The notes under the pieces: generated by a model
Told to the model about the DNA's origin: nothing
Database searches by the model: none
What the model saw: only the letters and a program-made list of their open reading frames with translations
Made by a program: the position numbers and the translations under genes
Part shown: piece after piece, positions 61,429 through 64,000 of the stretch
How positions within the stretch are numbered: position 1 is the first letter of the stretch
How the letters are laid out: every line of letters begins with the position of its first letter
Origin: Ostreococcus lucimarinus
Lineage: Eukaryota
Length of the DNA stretch: 64,000 bases
Reading direction: 5' to 3' (one strand)
Assembly: GCA_000092065.1 (NCBI GenBank)
Contig: CP000590.1

Positions 61429-62514
61429 ATGGGCAACAAACCCAGGCTCGTGTGCGCCAAGTGCGCGTCGACGTTCAAGCGTCAGACCGCGCAGTCGACG
61501 CGGTTTTGTAAGCCGTGCCGAGCCGCCGCCTCGGCGAAGGGCGAAACGCTCGACGACGACGACGACGCGTACGGCGGCGTCGTGCTCGGATTCAAGCGCG
61601 CGAACGGCGATGATTCGTCTGGCCTCGAACGCGGCGCGCTCGAGGGCGGCGGTAAGCGCGCGGAAGCCGGTGGGTCCGGCGGCGCGGCGAAGAAGAAGAA
61701 GAAGCGACGGAAAAAGCCGGCGGCGCCGACGAACGCGAAGTCGGATCCGATGTGCCTCGAGATCGTGAACACGCTGGATCAACGGTGCGAAATCATCGAC
61801 GCGACGAATTATGAAATCAAAATGCCGGCATGCGTGGAGACGATCAAGGCGTCGAGCGTCGTCGCGGTTGATTGCGAGGGAGTGCGAATGTCGCGCACGG
61901 GTCCGGTGACGGTGGTGCAGTGCGCGACGCGCGACGCGATTTACTTGATCGACGTGCAGTCGCTCGGGGGACGAGCGTTCGGAGACAGAAACGCGGGAGG
62001 GTTGCGGGATGTCCTGGAGTCGAGTGAGGCGCCGATGAAGCTCATGTTTGATTGTCGCATGGATTCGGACGCGTTGTTTCATCAATTCGACGTGCGATTG
62101 GAAAACGTGATGGACGTGCAGGTGCTCGACGTCGCCGCGCGTCGGGCTCTCGGGAAGATGATCGATCGCGTCGCGGGGATCGTGAAGTGCGCGGGAACGC
62201 ATCTGACGAGCGCGGAGACCGCGGTGGCTGATGACTTGAAGGTTCGCGTGAAGAAGTTGTACGCCGTCGAGGAATCGACGCTTTGGGCGGATCGTCCGTT
62301 AACAGATGACGTTCGACGGTATGCCGCGCTAGACGTGTATTTGCTCTTAAAGCTTCATGAAAAAATTATGTTCGATCTGAGGGAAGACAAGGACGACTGG
62401 GTCGCGCGCACGTTGAAGGAGTCTTCCAGACGCGTGTTGGCGTTTCGAGAATTGGACGTCGCAGTAGAGCAGGGCGTGTTCACGGAAGAGTCCACTATCG
62501 CGCCGACGTTTTAG
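61429..62514 (+). CDS. 3'-5' exonuclease domain protein (DEDDy / RNase D-like) with an N-terminal zinc-ribbon-like CxxC...CxxC
   Basis: ATG at 61429 (MGNKPRLVCAKCAS...). Exo motifs VAVDCEG and MFDCRMDSDAL are present. Confidence 0.65.
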   Translation: MGNKPRLVCAKCASTFKRQTAQSTRFCKPCRAAASAKGETLDDDDDAYGGVVLGFKRANGDDSSGLERGALEGGGKRAEAGGSGGAAKKKKKRRKKPAAPTNAKSDPMCLEIVNTLDQRCEIIDATNYEIKMPACVETIKASSVVAVDCEGVRMSRTGPVTVVQCATRDAIYLIDVQSLGGRAFGDRNAGGLRDVLESSEAPMKLMFDCRMDSDALFHQFDVRLENVMDVQVLDVAARRALGKMIDRVAGIVKCAGTHLTSAETAVADDLKVRVKKLYAVEESTLWADRPLTDDVRRYAALDVYLLLKLHEKIMFDLREDKDDWVARTLKESSRRVLAFRELDVAVEQGVFTEESTIAPTF

Positions 62515-62664
62515 TGCTAGGTGCGTACACGCGATGATCGAACCTGTTCTCGCCCTCGTGGTTTCCGATGATGTTTCAAATAGCTTAATCTTTGCTGACC
62601 ATCCTCATGAAGATGATTCATGACAACTCGACTGAGGAATCCGTGGCGCGCTGTTGGCTTTCCG

Positions 62665-62709
<45 letters not shown>

Positions 62710-62757
62710 CGTTGTGTGTTTGCAATGAATGTAAAATATACTTCTACTACAGTACAG

Positions 62758-63093
62758 CTATCGTCGCCAACTCGTTTTGCTCACGTCAACCTTACTCACA
62801 CCGCTGGCGAGCGAAACCCGAGTACTGATCCGACCGAGCTTGACGGTGATTTCGTTCGCATCTGGGTGGACTTCGATGACTTCTGCCTCTGCGCTCCCTA
62901 GCTGACGGACGACGACGAGCGTGCCAATTTTGGGAATCCATCGCGAGGACGCGCTGTCAAGGCTGTCGCCCGGGACGGCTTCGCCGCTCGCGTCGACGAC
63001 CCATCCGGCGGGAAGCGACGCGCCGACGACATCGTCGATGTCCTCTCGCGTGTCGCACGCCGCCAATAACTCGCGAGCTTCTTCAATCTTTCG

Positions 63094-63138
<45 letters not shown>

Positions 63139-64000
63139 ATCCAAGTGCGCAGATTTACTCCTGACTTCGTCGAACAGCGCGCGCGTCTCTTCGAGCGTCG
63201 CCGCCGCCGCGGCTCGGCGGGCGAGCTGCACGTCGCATTCTTCATCAAGTGCGCTGGCCAACTTCGCGCGATTTTCCCGCGCGATCGCGCCACTGGCGTC
63301 TACCTCTGCGTTGGCATCCGCCTTGGCTAGCGCGATGCGCGCCTCGGCGAGTATCCACGGTTCTAATCCGAGCCCCGCTGCGATGTGCAACGCGTTGCTC
63401 TTGCCGGTTTCGCCCCACAGCAACCGATACGTCGGCTGCAGCGACTGAAGATCGAACTCCACCGCCGCGACTTGAGCTGTGTCGGATGCGAGTGTGGCTT
63501 CCTTGACTTCTTCGTAGTGCGACGTCGCGATCGTCAAACGAGACGTGCGTGAGAGTTTGTTCAGGACGGCGACGGCGAGAGACGCGCCCTCCGCCGGGTC
63601 GGTGCCGCTCCCGGGCTCGTCCAGCAAGACCAATGTATCGTCGGTCGCGGCGTCCAAAATGCGTTGCAGACCTTTGAGGTGCGCGCCAAAGGTGGACAAG
63701 CCGCCGTCGAGCTCGAGGGTTTGCGAATCTCCTAAATCGGCGATGACGTGACGAAAGAATGGAATCTCGCAACCGGATTCGCATGGCAGATATAAACCAG
63801 CGCGCGCCATCAAACACGCGACGCCGATCGCTTTCAACGACGCGGTTTTACCGCCCGTATTCGGACCGGTGATAGTGACGCATTTGATAGACGAATCGAC
63901 GTTGAAATCAATCGGGACGACCACATCGCGCACATCTCGACGATTGACGTGTCGCTGCGAATGCGCCGAATCGTCTTCGGAGGCGTCGTTCTCGCCGAAC
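62758..64000 (-). CDS. MutS2-like protein (MutS ATPase domain V plus C-terminal KOW-like region); the 5' part of the gene lies beyond the window end
   Basis: Walker A TGPNTGGKTASLK and Walker B LVLLDEPGSGTDP are present. The ORF stays open upstream of 63933 to the window edge. Confidence 0.65.

Overview
This 64-kb window is GC-rich (about 68–72% in most places), gene-dense nuclear DNA from a eukaryote, most likely a Mamiellophyceae green alga (Micromonas-like). That inference rests on composition, on very short head-to-head and tail-to-tail intergenic spacers (20–300 bp), and on plant/algal-type gene content (PAO/Tic55-family Rieske oxygenase, plastid-type anthranilate synthase beta subunit, ProA, IGPD, MTA nucleosidase, PEX11, organelle RecA/HU/RecD2/MutS2). 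I call about 45 protein-coding genes, mostly single-exon. At least three appear to carry one short GT..AG intron each (cyclophilin, HU-like, and a hypothetical gene at 17966); the introns have an ACTGAC branch point 21–31 nt upstream of a CAG acceptor and share sequence modules, consistent with introner-like elements.

The most unusual object is a perfect tRNA-Ala(CGC) gene at 43808–44097. It is split by two intervening sequences with the same spliceosome-like GT..ACTGAC..CAG architecture, one in the D-arm and one in the T-loop. In-silico removal gives a flawless 73-nt cloverleaf with the G3:U70 alanine identity pair, followed by a Pol III oligo-T terminator.

Other notable items:
- An imidazoleglycerol-phosphate dehydratase (IGPD) built from two tandem IGPD domains that have lost complementary halves of the Mn-ligand set.
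- A head-to-head pair of a bacterial HU-like gene and a RecD2-like helicase gene, with RecA and MutS2-like genes nearby.
- A 6.5-kb low-GC island (about 50% GC, 46.3–52.9 kb) whose genes share about 90-bp telo-box-containing upstream blocks and an ACGT-palindromic motif.
- A 5 x 43-bp tandem repeat in a bidirectional promoter (186–400), with a related motif at a second bidirectional promoter (60249–60300).

Many long ORFs in the supplied track are Arg/Ala-rich antisense artefacts of the high GC content. Several track ORFs also begin at GTG/TTG rather than ATG.
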